In this document: positions 19,730 to 33,800 of the stretch, piece by piece
How the letters are laid out: the number at the start of each line of letters is the position of its first letter
Position numbering within the stretch: position 1 is the first letter of the stretch
IMG/VR virus record: IMGVR_UViG_3300005253_001911
Direction: 5' to 3' (one strand)
DNA from: an uncultured virus (IMG/VR IMGVR_UViG_3300005253_001911)
Lineage: Duplodnaviria > Heunggongvirae > Uroviricota > Caudoviricetes
DNA: 64,000 nt
Notes under the pieces: model-generated
What the model saw: the letters and a program-made list of their open reading frames with translations, nothing else
Databases searched by the model: none
What the model was told of the DNA's origin: nothing
Program-made: the position numbers and the translations under genes

Positions 19730-21885
19730 TATTTAGCCACCGGATTGTTATGTATAGTTACAGCAACCCTATCCCCCTTCTCTAATATTTCCTTTGATGC
19801 ATTTATACAATCCATAACACCTATCTGTTCTATCATTACCTGACATTTTATCTGATTTGTATCTACCCCTGTTACAATTCCTTTTAATTGTATTTGCTCA
19901 GTCTTATTCTGATAAATTGAAGTATCCCACCCAGATATCCCCATCCACATGGGCCCAGCATTCACAGAAATTAAATACTGACTACTGTCCTGATATGAAT
20001 AATCAATAGAATTTATAGTCTTTCCATCTATAAGTTCTCCTAACACTGGTTCAGAGTCTGGTGAACATATATAATTAGTCTGTTTTATTACCTCATTTTG
20101 CATGTCATATATAAACTTAGAAACAATCATACATTCATTAGCGTCTAAAAATGGTAATGTTATTTTTATATCCCCAGTCTCCAACGAGGTAAAGGCTCTA
20201 GCGTATGTTGTAGAATCTAAATCTTCTATAGTAGCAACTTCATAATCGGGTATAATTTCCGTAGGATCTAATAATTCTGTTTGTCCTCCATGCGTCCATG
20301 ATATGGGAGGCTTTTCATCACGAACAATCATAGGATAGACATCTACTGTTATCAATCTTAAATTCTCTTTTGTGACCTTATTCTCCTCATCGTGAACAGC
20401 TATACATGGATTATCCCAGTCATAAATAACGACTATTTTCTCGACAATATATCCAGATTGACCTTCATTTATAGGAAATATAGTAACGGGACCAGAAAAC
20501 GGTAATCCATCTGGTTGGTTATTAACTACAGTCTCTCCGTCTTTTAGTCTTCCAGTATATGTTTCGTTAGGATCGTATAAATCTATAAATTCTACACGTC
20601 CTTTAGTGTCTGGATCATAAATACTAGCCGGACTTACTCTTACAGTAGCTTTTATAGTTCCATCTATAGATCCTCCGAAATTCTCCACATAATCAGGATG
20701 TATATTAGCAGAAAATACAATTCTTTTATATTCCCTATCATCTGGATCATCAAGTATTACATAATCCTGGCCTCTAGTAAGTCTAAATGGTTCAGCCAAC
20801 GCACTATCCAAATCTATTTGAAAATTACTACCACCCGGTATTCTATCATTTCCACTTCCGTAGTAATCTTCTCGAATTTGCTTTAATTTATATCCATGGA
20901 TATAGACCTCTCTGACCCCCAAAAATTTTCTTTCATTACTACGGGGAAGTCTCTTACCTCTATCAGCCTCTGGTTCTTTCCCATCTCTACAAAGAGACGC
21001 TATATATTTAGTAGTAGTTTGCCATGTTCTTTCTTGTAATTTACCAAAATCTGGATTACCGCCCGTACCTTTCAATTCGATAAATTTAGGGGTTGTATTA
21101 CCAAATTTTATATTGGTACTGGCTTGTTCAAACCACGGCACATGGATTTTATATATATATGTAGAAACAGTTTCAAATTTAGAAGAATCAATTATATTCA
21201 TCTTCTGCAACACAAGGTTATGGTCAAAGAAAGTATCTCCATATTCTATGTATCCTTCTTTATAATAAGGACATTGCTCAGGTCCAAGTATCTCCCCCCA
21301 TGTATGATAAATAGGATATGGAACAGATTCCTTATCATCTGTTAGAGCAGTGTCTAGTGCGGTAGACCACCCTTTCTGTATGCTATTTTTAAACGTAAAG
21401 AGATTAAAAGACTCACCAGTATATCTTTTAGGTGGTGGATCATATCCTAGCACCAAAACATTATCGCACCGTTTAGACAATGTAGAAGTATTTATTTTAT
21501 AAAATATTTGTGACCCAAGAACATTCGACCGGGTCTCGCCTATAGTATAAAAATGAACTACACCATTACCATCTGCATAACACTCTACAAGATGTCCTGT
21601 GCCTTCAGCTAGTTCCGTTGCAAGAGATAACTGTATCATTTGATATGCGTCTCTACTTTTTATATCATATCCTGGTAAAGTACTACCCTTACCTGCACTA
21701 TCATTAGACACGGTTAAACCAAATATAACTTCTACAACCCATTCAGCTACAGATGAATATGTACGACTAGCAGGATCAAAAGGTTTAGTAGGAAAGTCCT
21801 GGTCAAATGATTCCTCAGTAGTTATCCAGTTCTCAGCTAACTTATCCCATTCGTGAAAACGCGTAGCATCAGTTTCTTGCGACAT
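19729..21885 (-). CDS. Tail tip/baseplate hub-associated protein
   Basis: 718 aa, directly downstream of the TMP. Has a hub-like ECYADGNGVVHF and a C-terminal OB-fold-like segment. Confidence 0.5.
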   Translation of the reverse strand: MSQETDATRFHEWDKLAENWITTEESFDQDFPTKPFDPASRTYSSVAEWVVEVIFGLTVSNDSAGKGSTLPGYDIKSRDAYQMIQLSLATELAEGTGHLVECYADGNGVVHFYTIGETRSNVLGSQIFYKINTSTLSKRCDNVLVLGYDPPPKRYTGESFNLFTFKNSIQKGWSTALDTALTDDKESVPYPIYHTWGEILGPEQCPYYKEGYIEYGDTFFDHNLVLQKMNIIDSSKFETVSTYIYKIHVPWFEQASTNIKFGNTTPKFIELKGTGGNPDFGKLQERTWQTTTKYIASLCRDGKEPEADRGKRLPRSNERKFLGVREVYIHGYKLKQIREDYYGSGNDRIPGGSNFQIDLDSALAEPFRLTRGQDYVILDDPDDREYKRIVFSANIHPDYVENFGGSIDGTIKATVRVSPASIYDPDTKGRVEFIDLYDPNETYTGRLKDGETVVNNQPDGLPFSGPVTIFPINEGQSGYIVEKIVVIYDWDNPCIAVHDEENKVTKENLRLITVDVYPMIVRDEKPPISWTHGGQTELLDPTEIIPDYEVATIEDLDSTTYARAFTSLETGDIKITLPFLDANECMIVSKFIYDMQNEVIKQTNYICSPDSEPVLGELIDGKTINSIDYSYQDSSQYLISVNAGPMWMGISGWDTSIYQNKTEQIQLKGIVTGVDTNQIKCQVMIEQIGVMDCINASKEILEKGDRVAVTIHNNPVAK

Positions 21886-21888
21886 ATT

Positions 21889-24800
21889 TTATACAACCCC
21901 CAAATCGAGCCTATTGATATTTGCTAGAGTAAAAGTATGATCGTCTTCTATTCTATTTGACAAGCCAGATATTTGCAACTCTATCATCTGTATCTGAGTT
22001 CTTATTGGGTTTATTTCCACGTTTTTAAAATCACTCAAGGATTTATTTATTTGTGTATCAACATAAGATCTTTCATTCACTAGTTTAGTATTGATATCCC
22101 TAATTGTAAAAGCTAGTTGTTCCTCCAAATCACCCATACTTGTTTTTAAATCATCTATAACAGAAGCTTTTATATCGATAATGTTTATCTGTTCTGTGTT
22201 TGAAATAGACAATTCTTCTAGTCTGTCAAATTTTTCATTGGCGGCCTCAATGAACTGATCTATTGTAGTAGTTCCTACCGCTCCTACACCTGTTATATTC
22301 AAATTATTAAGTGCTTCTTGAACCCCGTCCAAATTTACTTTTAGTTCTGGTAGATCACTTTCATTTGGTATATTTAAATCTATACTAGTTTCTTCTATCT
22401 TTTTGACTACAGCTTCTCCGATTTTTTCTCCTGCCGATTCCATCTCTTTCAATACTTTACCCGGACTCACATCCCCACCCAAAGCAAATTTAGGCAATCC
22501 TATTAATCCGCCCGTATTAAACTCGGATGGAACTATAGCCTCTCCCTTGTGTAAGTAAGCTAATTGATTAGATGGTACAAAAGGAGTTCCTTGTTCGTAA
22601 CTACTTATTAACCCGCCTTCTTTTTTATCTAACTGTTCTAATATATTTTTCAGCTGCTGTTGATTTCTCCTTATAGCCCCTTTATGTCTTTCTGGATCTA
22701 CAGGTAATGGAATATTAAGTATTTTATTGAATCGTGCCTCGGGATCTTCAGCGTTACCAGTTACATCTAACATACTATTATAAAAAGCTTTCCAGGTCGT
22801 AGCCTCATTAAGGGCGTCTGCAGCGGCCTCAAACCCTCTAGAACGTATATTACTAGTAATAAACTTCGCAACATTCGGTGTCCATACAGGTGTTTTGCCT
22901 GGATCCTCCGCAGTTAGATAACGGTGTGCATTTTTATACTCTGGGAGTGCAACTACACCACCCTCTTGGAATGGTTGTATAATACCACCTAATTGTTTTT
23001 TATCTGTAGTTCCAGTAATTTCTTGACCTATATTCCTAAATGTTTTTAACATAAACTCTAACAAACCTGGTCGTTTTGGTTTTCTTATGGTTTCTAAAAC
23101 CTTTTGTACTTCAGGTCCTTTTTGTTTTTTCGCTTCTTTTTCTCTTTTAAGAGCTTCCTCAAGGTTATATTTTGCATTATATATCCGTAATTTAGAGTAA
23201 TCGCCAGAGCTCTCGGCTTCTTTCGAAAGTTTGTTAATCTTATTAATATGAGCCGCTATCCCCCGCTCAGTTTCAATAAGATCTGGTTGGCCACCATTCT
23301 TAAATGATTGTATAATACCACCTTGAAACTTTCCGACCTCACCAGTAAATAAAAATCTAAGATAATCCCAAACACTGTCTTTTTCAGACATCGGAACAGG
23401 TTTAATAGGTTGACGCTCACGTAACTCTTTGGATCTTCGAGCTCTTTGTTCTAATGCTATTTCATCTAGATGTTTCTTTTTAGCTTCTGTAAGTCCGCCC
23501 TTTTGAAATGATGGTATAAGACCACCAGCAAATCCTCGATGGCCAACTATACTAGTAGGTGTTTTGCCCTGAGTAACACGTGAAGATTGTTGTGATTCAA
23601 GCGTAGCCCCAACAGCACGAATAGATCCCTCTCTTGTTCCTGCTAACCCTAGTCTAAGAAGTAAAGTTTTACCAATACGCCCTAGGCCTTTACCAGCAAA
23701 TGATTTTATAATACTACTAAGAGCTCCTGAAAGTGCAAACGAACCAAGACCACCAGCTACTAATCCAGTAGGATCTAATAACGGATCTCTTTTCACTCCT
23801 CCTAATTCTGCTTGTATTTCTTTCATAGAAGCACCACTAGCAAGTTGTTGTTTAATAAACTTATTTTCAGCCAATACTTTACCACCGGATGCTGCCATCG
23901 TTGGCAGATTACCAGTACTGTTTATATAATTCATCACTGGCGTACCTAATTTACTAACTGAAGAGGCTTTAACTACATACTCTCCAGTACTCGCTAAAAT
24001 AGGTACACTGTCTGTGGTAGGGCCTCCTGGTCCTACAATTGAACCACCTTCTTGTTTTGCCTTTGGTGCAGCTCCAGTCTCGTCAACTTTACCAAATACA
24101 CTTGTTTTAATTCTAGATAATATACCAGGCTTAGCTGCAGTATTATCCCTAATAGCTTGTAAATATTGATTAGCATCATTCAGTTCTTTCACCACAGGAG
24201 ATTGAAACACAGATATTTTCTGTATAGTATCCTCAAAGCTCTTTGCAAGATCACCAGTGGCTTTACTTATTGTCTCAAATATCTTTTGGGCCCCTTCACC
24301 TATATCTTCTAAAGGCGCTAATCCTTTACGTCTGAAAACGCCTGGCTCTATCTCTCCTGCTCTTTCACCAGCAGTCCTAACTCGCTCTCTAAGGGCATCA
24401 CGTAATTCTTGAAGAGCGTCTATTTGAGTCTGGCGAGCTGTAGGATCCTCTATTTTAAAAGCTCTCTGCTGAGCTTCAATAAGAGCAGTATCCATATTAG
24501 CAGCTAACCTCAACTGATCTCTAAGTTTATCATCTTCCCTAGCTTGTGCAAGTTTTTTCTGTTGTAACATTGTATCAAATGCTATACGTTGTTCCTCTGC
24601 TAATGTAGGAGCTCGACCTTCCCTGGCAACTATTTCAGCTCTTCTAGATTCAGCCTTATTCATACCAAACAAATCTCCAGATGGTACACCGGCTTGTACC
24701 ATTTCAAATGTAGGAAATACCGGAGCTTCTGGATGAGCTCCGCCCCTCAACCTACTCATAACATCCTCTATTAAATTCTGAAAACCTCGCTGCTCTTCAC

Positions 24801-27800
24801 TTATTTTAAAACTTTCTTTTAATCGTTTAAAATCACCTATTACTTGTTGTATGTTCAACCCAGTGAATAGTATTTGCTGGAGAGCTGCCATACTTTGTGT
24901 CAATTTATCAGCATCAGCTGCTAATAGTTTATGAAGATCAGCTTCATATTTTAGAACCTCTGCAGCATCTCTGGCTTTTTCAGCCAATACAACTACTGCT
25001 TGTGCAAGAGTACTCTTTTCACCAAATTCTTCCAACCTTTGTACTCCCTGCTGTACCTCTATTACACGTTTATTTATTTTAGGAATAGCTTTACTATAAA
25101 CTTCGGGTGTAATCTGACCCTCACGCCACCATTTAGTAATTTGCCTAGACGTGTCTTTAAGCCTTTTCAGCTGAGATCTTCTGCTCTTCATCAATTTCTC
25201 AAATTCGGAAAATCCCATAGAAGTATTAAAATCTTTTGCTTGAGATCGTATATCCCTAGTTCTTTTATTAAAACTAGCTAAAGACCTAGTGGTCTGTTCT
25301 TGTTGAGCTTTTCTTTCATCTTCAGGCAAAGCCTTATATTGTTCAAATACTCGTTTACCTAATGCTTTAAACTTGGGTATTTTTGCGAGTTCTTTTTCTA
25401 CAGCTTTTTTTTGATTTTCTATAAAAGCTTTACTACCCTCCTTAGCTAGGCTAACCTGCTGAGTAACTATTCTCTTAGAATTCTCTTTAATTAACTCAAC
25501 TATACCATCTCTAGTTTTACTTATTATTTGAAAAGCCTTAAACATATTCTGCCACTGCTCACCGCCTTCCTTCATCAATCTTTCAGTAGCAGTCAGTTCG
25601 TGGGGTAACTTACCAGTTGGTATCTCTTCAAATCTTGGAAGTCCCCTCATAGCCCCAATAGTCTCCGTACTAAATCTCATACTAGCTTCTAAATCTATCG
25701 AAGCATCAACTATAGATTTAGCAAAATCATCTATAGACTTAGATACTTGCTCTTTATGTAATTCTAAAGCTGCCCTATCAGCGGCCTTGGCAATTTTAGA
25801 AGTTGAGTCCTTTAACTCAGTGCCTATACTATCAGCCATTAAAGATAATTGACCTATAAAAGTTTGAAATTGTTTTTCAGCATCTAACAGTCTTGATTTT
25901 ACCTCTGGTTCAGGAGCGCCTTCAGCAGCTGCTTTTGCAGCCTCTTCTCTTTTCACTTTCAATTCTTTAATCATCGCATCTACTTCATTAGGAAATTTTT
26001 TAACTAATGTCTCAAATGATTTACTAATTTTTTCTGCTTTTCTAGTAGCTTCTCCAAGCTCCGCCGATAATTTTGTTTTTTCTCCCAAATAACCCCCTGC
26101 TGCCACTACTGTAGCTGCAGTAATTAGATCTCGTATTCTGGTGGCTGTATCTTTACCTTTTCCTCCTAATCTTTCTTGTCTCAGCACATCTAATTTATCT
26201 CTTAAAGTCTTTGTTATGGCTGCTACAGGTTTCTTTTCTTCGCTAGGCTCAGCCTTTGATTCTCTAGCTGACTCTTCAGATCCATCTGCGGCCCTTCTAG
26301 TATTCTCCTCAATACTCAATAAAGTAGTCAGCTGATCTTGGTTTATACCCACCATTTTTTCATCTTCAGATAATTTCTTAGTATCACCAGCTTTTATATC
26401 TTTTAATAAATCATCTGCTTTACTGACTTGATCTTCGCTTACCTGTAAATCCTTCATTTTTCTTATTTTGTCTTTCTCTTCTTCATTAAGTATGTCTTTT
26501 TGCGCCTTAGCCATATCTTCCACACCACCGGCTGCCGCTCCCGCTGCTCCTGCAGCACCAAAACCACCGCCAAAAAGCTGCCCAGCACCAAACTTAAGTC
26601 TTTCCAACCAATCTACACCTTCATCTCCTAAGCCATCGGACCAGTTTTTGAGCGCATCAGTTGCTTTATTTACAGCTTCAGGCATTTCTTTACCAGTCAA
26701 AGTACTCCATGCATGCCATGCCACTATAGAACCAGCCGCTGTTTTACCCAACGCATTCAGCGCAGATTCACTAAAACCAGCAGACCGAGCAAATGTAGTG
26801 GTTGCACTAGCTATTAATCCAACAGCTTCACGAGTCGCTCTGGTTTCAGCAGTCTTACCTGCCTCTTTCATACGCTTAGATAAATCTATCATTTGTTTGT
26901 TTATATCACGTGTCTGTGATACAAAATCCGTTTTTTCAATCTCACCAGCTTTAAATTTTACAGTCAGTCCTTTGCGCTGCTCTCTGAGTTGCATTATTTG
27001 AACTTCAAATCCTCGTTGCTCACGTCTAGCAGCTCTTCTTGCAATATCATTGAAAGCTCCATATGCAGCAAACAATTTAGTTAAGGTTTGTGAGCTTACA
27101 ACACTTATCTTATTTTGATCATTCATCAATTTACTTAAATTTTTAAATTCAGGTGATTCCACTATACCTTTAAATTTAGATACAGGTTCAACTGCTGGAG
27201 TTAAAAGTCCTATACCTCCAGGTAAAGCAAATCTAAGTGCATTCATTACCTTAGCATTACGTACCTGAGATTCTGTAGCTCCCTCAGCAGATTGCTTTAA
27301 TCTTTGTGTAAATCCTCTTAGACCTTCCCCACCCATGGCTCTACTAAGCAGATCTTCTAGATTAAACTCACCTGGCAAATGTCTAAAAACGTCTGTACTA
27401 GGGCCAAGAGCTTTACCTATAGACTTCACAACATCAAGCGGTGATGGTATGAGCGATTTACGAGGCTCAATTATTTCAGCAGCTTTTCTAACACCTACGG
27501 TTTCTATTAGTTTTCTAGAAGATTCAGTCATCGCTTGATCAATAGCTTTCACTACCTGTACGTTTCTAGCTTTTTCATGTAATTGTCTTAATTTAGCTAA
27601 TCTATCAAATTGATGTTTTAAAGTCTCAGGCATCGTTGAGCCTAAACTAACTATATCTTTACTTAACTGATTAGAAAATTTCTCTACTTGCCCAATAGTC
27701 CTAGCCTGAGCCTTAGGATCCTTCATAGCGGACAACATATCGTCCAGTCTTTCCACGGTATCAGCGGTGTGCCCTTCTGTTTTTCTCTGCGCATCTAGTT

Positions 27801-30800
27801 GTAGACCATCCATAGTCGTACCACCAGACTCTACAGCTTCAGTTATACTCATCAACATATCTCTTGGAACAATAGCTCCTGCTCCCTTAGCTTGTTCTCT
27901 AATTCTCTGAATTTGAACCATAGCTTTCGTAACTTGTTCTAGTTCCACAGCCAAGGATTGTCTACGTATACCTTCTTCTCGTATTTCTGTGGCCCCCTGC
28001 GTAAATTCTCTTTTTTCTGTAGGCAATGCACGCTCTCTCAACAGCACTCTCTGATGAGCAGTCAAATCAAAGAAGTTTCTTATACCCAAATTTAAATTAT
28101 CAAAACCCTCCGGTATACCAGCAAGTAGTCCAGCAGTTTCAACTAGATGCTCAGTTCGAGCTTTTTCGACTGCCAGGTTTTCATTTAATATTCTACTGGA
28201 TTCAGCCATAGTTTTATTCAGATCTACCATAACAGCCATATATTGTACAACGACTTGATTATTTTTTATAATAGTGCTAAGCCTTTCTATTTCTTCTTGC
28301 ACTCCTTTACCCAGACTCTTATCAGCATCAAGGCGTTTCTTCGCCGTCTCAGTCAGCATAGCAAGCTCTTTCTGTGGCGCTATGAAGAACTCTCTTATAA
28401 TTTCAGGAAAATCCTGTTTTGTTTTTTGAGGCCCAAATGTACCGGACTGCTTATTGAAACCTATAGGCGTTTGTAATAATGTAGTTGTAGGTATTTGTTC
28501 AAAAAATCTAGGCCCTAAATTAAAAGTACGCTTGAATTCTTTATCTGCAACGCCTATCATACCAGCAGCAGCACCGGTCAATGATTCTTCCAATATATCT
28601 AAATTAACCTCTAACTGCTCCACAATTCTGTGGGCCGGAAATATAGAGTCAACAAAATTTTTCACAGAATCAAATGGGATTTCTTTTGTAGATCTTAGTT
28701 CTTTATCTATCACCTCTACGAAATATCCTAGACCTTCTTTGTATTTTAAAATACCTTGATCACCAGCTACAGCAAATTGTTTTTCTATTTCTTTATCAAA
28801 CAATACTATATCACCTACAAAAGCTTCAGTAGATCTTTGTATTACCTTAGCTTCCCTAAGTAATTCTTTAGTAAATGGCGCTGCGTAATCTATAGAAATT
28901 TCTGGATGTATTCTACGTAAAATTTCTATTCCTAGCACATCCTCCCAATCTACTATACCAACATCAGCTGCTTTACGTAGTCTAGGTTCAATATCCACCA
29001 TCAACTGAAAACCTTTCTCAAGACCTTCACTACCTAATAGTCCACCTATTTGTTCAGCGGTCAATCCTTGAGTACTAAGTTCTGATAAAATACGTTTGAA
29101 ATCATTATAGAACTCATCATATCGTTTACGTATTCCCTCTAAATTCTGATAATAGCGACTAAACAATTCGTCAAATGCAGTAGTCATAGGAAATTTATCT
29201 CTAGCTTCAAGAATCCTATTCAAAGCATCTTTAGCTTCTTTAAGTTCTTGTGCCGGAGACACTTTTATCTGCTCGGCCAAAAGCGGTCCTATACCTGGTA
29301 TCTCCTTAACAAACTTTTTAAGTTCTGATCTAAATTTAGCAGATGCTGATCCTGCATTAGTCAACTCTTCTGCAAATTTTTGTAGTGCAGCTACTTCCGC
29401 CTCTGCTAACTCCTCAATTTTAGCACTTTTCAATACCTTAAAATACTCTTCAAGATTACCCGTCGGCTTCAATATAGCATTACCAAATTCATCAAAACTT
29501 TGTATCAAATCTATGTTTGTCTTAGCCATCAAATTAGCTAAATTTCTAGCCTTTTTAGCATCCTTCTCTAATGCAAATACTGGGCTTACATATTCTTGTC
29601 TTCGTAAAGCAGTTTCTATTGATTGTGGTTCACGGGACTGGTTGGCCTTTTTTATATTTTCATCAAGTTTACTATAAGACCTGGACAATTCAACTATATC
29701 AGATATCTCATCACCTAATTTACGTCTCAATGGAGCTATAGAATCCTCATATTGATCAGCTGAAAAAGCAAGTTTTTTTAATCCATCGCCAATTTTACCA
29801 GTTATAGGTATCAAAGCCAATAAAGAACCAGCAAGAGGAGCTACAGATTTTACAAAATTTGTATTCTCTCGGCTCCACATAGCAAGTGCTTCCGCAGGAA
29901 CACCAAATAACTCGCCTAGCTTTTGAAATGCTCCTTCCGATGCTGCAGCTCCCGTGGCTGCAATATCAAGTATACCAGCAAGTGCGGGATTTTTAGTTAT
30001 GGTAGTAACAGCTAGCCCACCTAACCCGCCTGCAGCCGCACCGAATGCTTTACTTATAGTTTCAGAGGTAGCTGTTCCTGTAGCAGCTATCTCAGACATA
30101 ACAACGTTCCATCCTCTACCAAATTGTGCCAAAGTAAAAGCTGCTTTTCCAATTGTTGACTCAAAGTCTTGTATACTTTGTCCGGCTTTTCCTATAGTAG
30201 TTAGTCCACGTGTATCTATGGTGTTTAGTGCTTTAGGTAATTTACCAAAAGTTTCAAAGATACCTACTTTGAATTGATTCATAAACTCTGAACCAAAATC
30301 AGAGAATACACCAGTAAAAGATTTTATTCTATTAACAACACTACTGATTAAACTACTACCTTTTGTTATTAGAACAAACAGCGCTGAAAATCCTAATGCT
30401 GCAATTTTTAATCCTGGTGGAATGTTTGATATAACCTCTATCACGCCCTTAAGTCCAGTAAGTATTACTTTCGCTACTGGCAATGCAAATTTACCAAACT
30501 GAACTTGAAGTTCTGATAACGATTCTCTAACCTGTTGCAACCTTTTCGCATAGGTCTGCATCACAATCATATTACGTCTTTCAGCGGCACCTTTAGAATT
30601 CACACTATCTTCTAGTGTGTCTAAAACATCGTCCCAGTGGTCCATTAATATAATTAAATTATTATAATGACGCCTACCACCTATAGCTGTAGCAATATTT
30701 AATTTCTGTGCACTATTTAATTCATCCCATTTAGCAGCGAGATCGCCGAGAATATCAAACCCACTTCGAAGAGCGTTAGATTCACCTATAACAGGAATAT

Positions 30801-33800
30801 CTATTTTCTGTAATGCTTCCGGAGCTTTCTGAGACGTTAATCTTCTAAACATAAATCTCAAAGAAGTTCCGATCTCTTTACCAGTTTGACGAGAAGTCTC
30901 ACCAATACCTGTTATAATACCATTTAACTGATCAAATGTAACCCCAGCGGTACTGGCCACTGCGGCAGATTTCTTCAACGCATCTGCCAATGTCGCGGAC
31001 GTAACGGCGTGCTTGGCAGATACCTCCGACCACGAATCTAAAAATCTAATAGTACCCTGGCCTTCTATCCTATATACCTTCATAGCAGCAGTAATAGCTT
31101 CCGTCGCATCAGTGGTACTTAAAGTGGTAACATTAGCAGCCAACATAGATGTTCTTGTTCTATCAACAACTTCTTCCTGAGCTAGACCTTGTTGCGCAAA
31201 TACACGCATAGCATCAATTACTTGTCTTATTGGCAATCCGAAATCTTTAGCAAATGTTAGTGCAGATTTAGTTAGTTCTTCAAAATTAGTATTCAATGGA
31301 CTCATAACCTGGCGTAGTTTAGAAATACCAGTCTCAACATCAGCCATAGTATTAATAGTATCCTGTAAAGCACCCACCATACCATATACAGTTCTACTCG
31401 CAATACCCCAATTAATAACACGTTTAAAAGCCTGCCCCACGCCTTTACGACTCTGCAAGGACGCTATCATGTCGTCATATTTCTCTGTAAATAAACCTAT
31501 CTGCTGTCCAGTCGAATTTGCGGTTTGGCCTATATTTCTAAAATGTATAATTGAATCTTTTAGAACTTGCTTAGTAGCAGGATCAACTACTTTTTGTCGT
31601 AATGAAAATGCTTGACCACGCTCCGGACCGCCAGCAGCCTCAGCCGTTTTAAAAAATTTCCGTATTTGTGCTAAATTTCTCCTATGTAACAATGCTTGAG
31701 TCCCTGGATCCAAATTTGATGGTACATTTATAAGTCCTAATGCAGACCCACCAGGCCCACCAGAAGGCACGACCGCCTTCTCTAGTTGTTTTAATAATTT
31801 TACAGTCTCTTCTACATTAACACGCACTGCTTCGGTGTAATCAGCTCCTGAAAAACCGCTTATACGTAGTCTGTTATACGATTGTAATCCAGCCCTTAAC
31901 TGAGTAATGCCTTGCACTAACTTATCAAAATCCCACTTTGCAACTGCTTCTTCGCCAAATCTACCAAACAGTTCAGCATCCATTAGTATTTCTTTCAAAT
32001 CAATACCTTGAACTTTTCCCTTCGGCGCAATCAGCGCTGAAAAAGCTGCATTAACTTTTTCTAATGGTGCAGCAATGTCTTCAATATTAGCAGCGTCTAA
32101 ATCAGCAGTGAGCATATCCAATATTGGCTTAAATGGAGTACCAGTAACAGTGGTCTGTTTTACAAGTTCTTCTATCTGCTTTGGACTTCTATAAATACCA
32201 GTCAGTCTGGCAAGCTCTTCATCCACAAATTGAGTCTTTTTACCTGAAGGACCTGCGGTCGTGAATATATCACTCATCTTACCAACAGTACCACGAATAT
32301 TAGCCAAGAATTTCTCTATAACTTGTTCATACTCTATAAAAGCTTGCCTACCTTCGGGTGCCCCACTTTCTTGTTCTATAGTCTTTTTAAGCGCATCTAA
32401 TCTGCGTAGAAAATATTCACTTATAGACTTCTTATAAAACTGCCAAATTTTCTGTAGGCCGCCTCTTTTCTCTACAGGAAGATCACCCATAGCCTGACTT
32501 AATCTAGAACTAATATCAATGCCTGGGCCTTTTTCAGCAGCCTCTGTCAGTAATCCAGCAATATCAGGCCCAAACTTCTGAATTTCTTCAGAATCAGCTA
32601 ATCTATTAATCCTTATAGCTGCTTCATACAAAGCTCTTAAATTTTTATGTACTGCCTCGGGCCGGCTTGGTTGTATTCTTTCTATGTCAGCGGTGTAATC
32701 TTTCATAGCAGAAATAGGATTAATAATAGCAGCCTGATACTCTTTTAATGTAGTGGCTATTTTACGATAAGATTCTGGATCACCGCCTACCTGTACTATA
32801 ACTCTTTCAATACTATCTATCAAAGCCTCTAAATTTGCAGCTACTTGTTCTTGGCCATCTTTTCCTTTAGCAGCGTCAGCAATCTCCTGAGCATCATCAA
32901 TAGCTTTTACAATAGCTACCATCTCACGTGGCTCTGGTTCTATACCTCGTTGCATCCTGGTTATTATTTTTTCAATTCTTTTCTTTATTTCATCTTCATC
33001 ATCAAAACCATCGCCTGGACCTCCACCACCGGGAGGCACAGGAGGTGCACCAGCTGCTCCTGCAGCAGCGCCACCTTTTGCAAACAAGAATTTTAGTTGC
33101 CGCTCTCCTTGCCCAGGCCCACCCAGAGCTTGAAATAAGTCTAAGTATTCTTTACTCATCCTAGCAAAACGCTCTTCTTCTTTAGAGGTTAATCTACCTA
33201 ATACTTCTTGCGAAGTTGCTGGTGTTTCACCTACAGGTCTTGTAGGTAAAGTTTTTGCAAATTCTTCTGGTCCTATCGCTCCAAGTTTTTTGGCAAGTTC
33301 CTTATAAATCTTAGGGTATTCTTTTAACAAATCTGGAGGTAACCCACCAGTTACACTGAGAGATCCAAGTATATTACTAACAATACGTCTTGATTTTTCT
33401 ACTTCTTTAATATCCTTATCAAACAATGCAGGATCAAATGCACCGATATCAATAGTAAATTCTTTCCTTGGATCGAATGTGCTTACTATAATTATTTTAC
33501 CCACCGCACCTTCAACCCCTTTTAGATAAACATTTACCTGACTAAGGTAATCTTCTAGTCGACGTATAATATTTTTTTCTAGATACCCTGTTGGATCAGC
33601 AGCTTTTAACTCTCGCAATTTCTCTTGTACAGTAGTCTGCTCTTTTTCAATCTCCTCAGATATCTGTCTCAACCTATCAAACTGAGCTGTGCTGTATATT
33701 GTTTTTATATCCGCTACTATTTTTTGGCCAGCTTCTTCATATACCACATCCAAATGGCCAGTGATCTTATTGCCAAAATCTTCTATAGGAACCTCTATCT

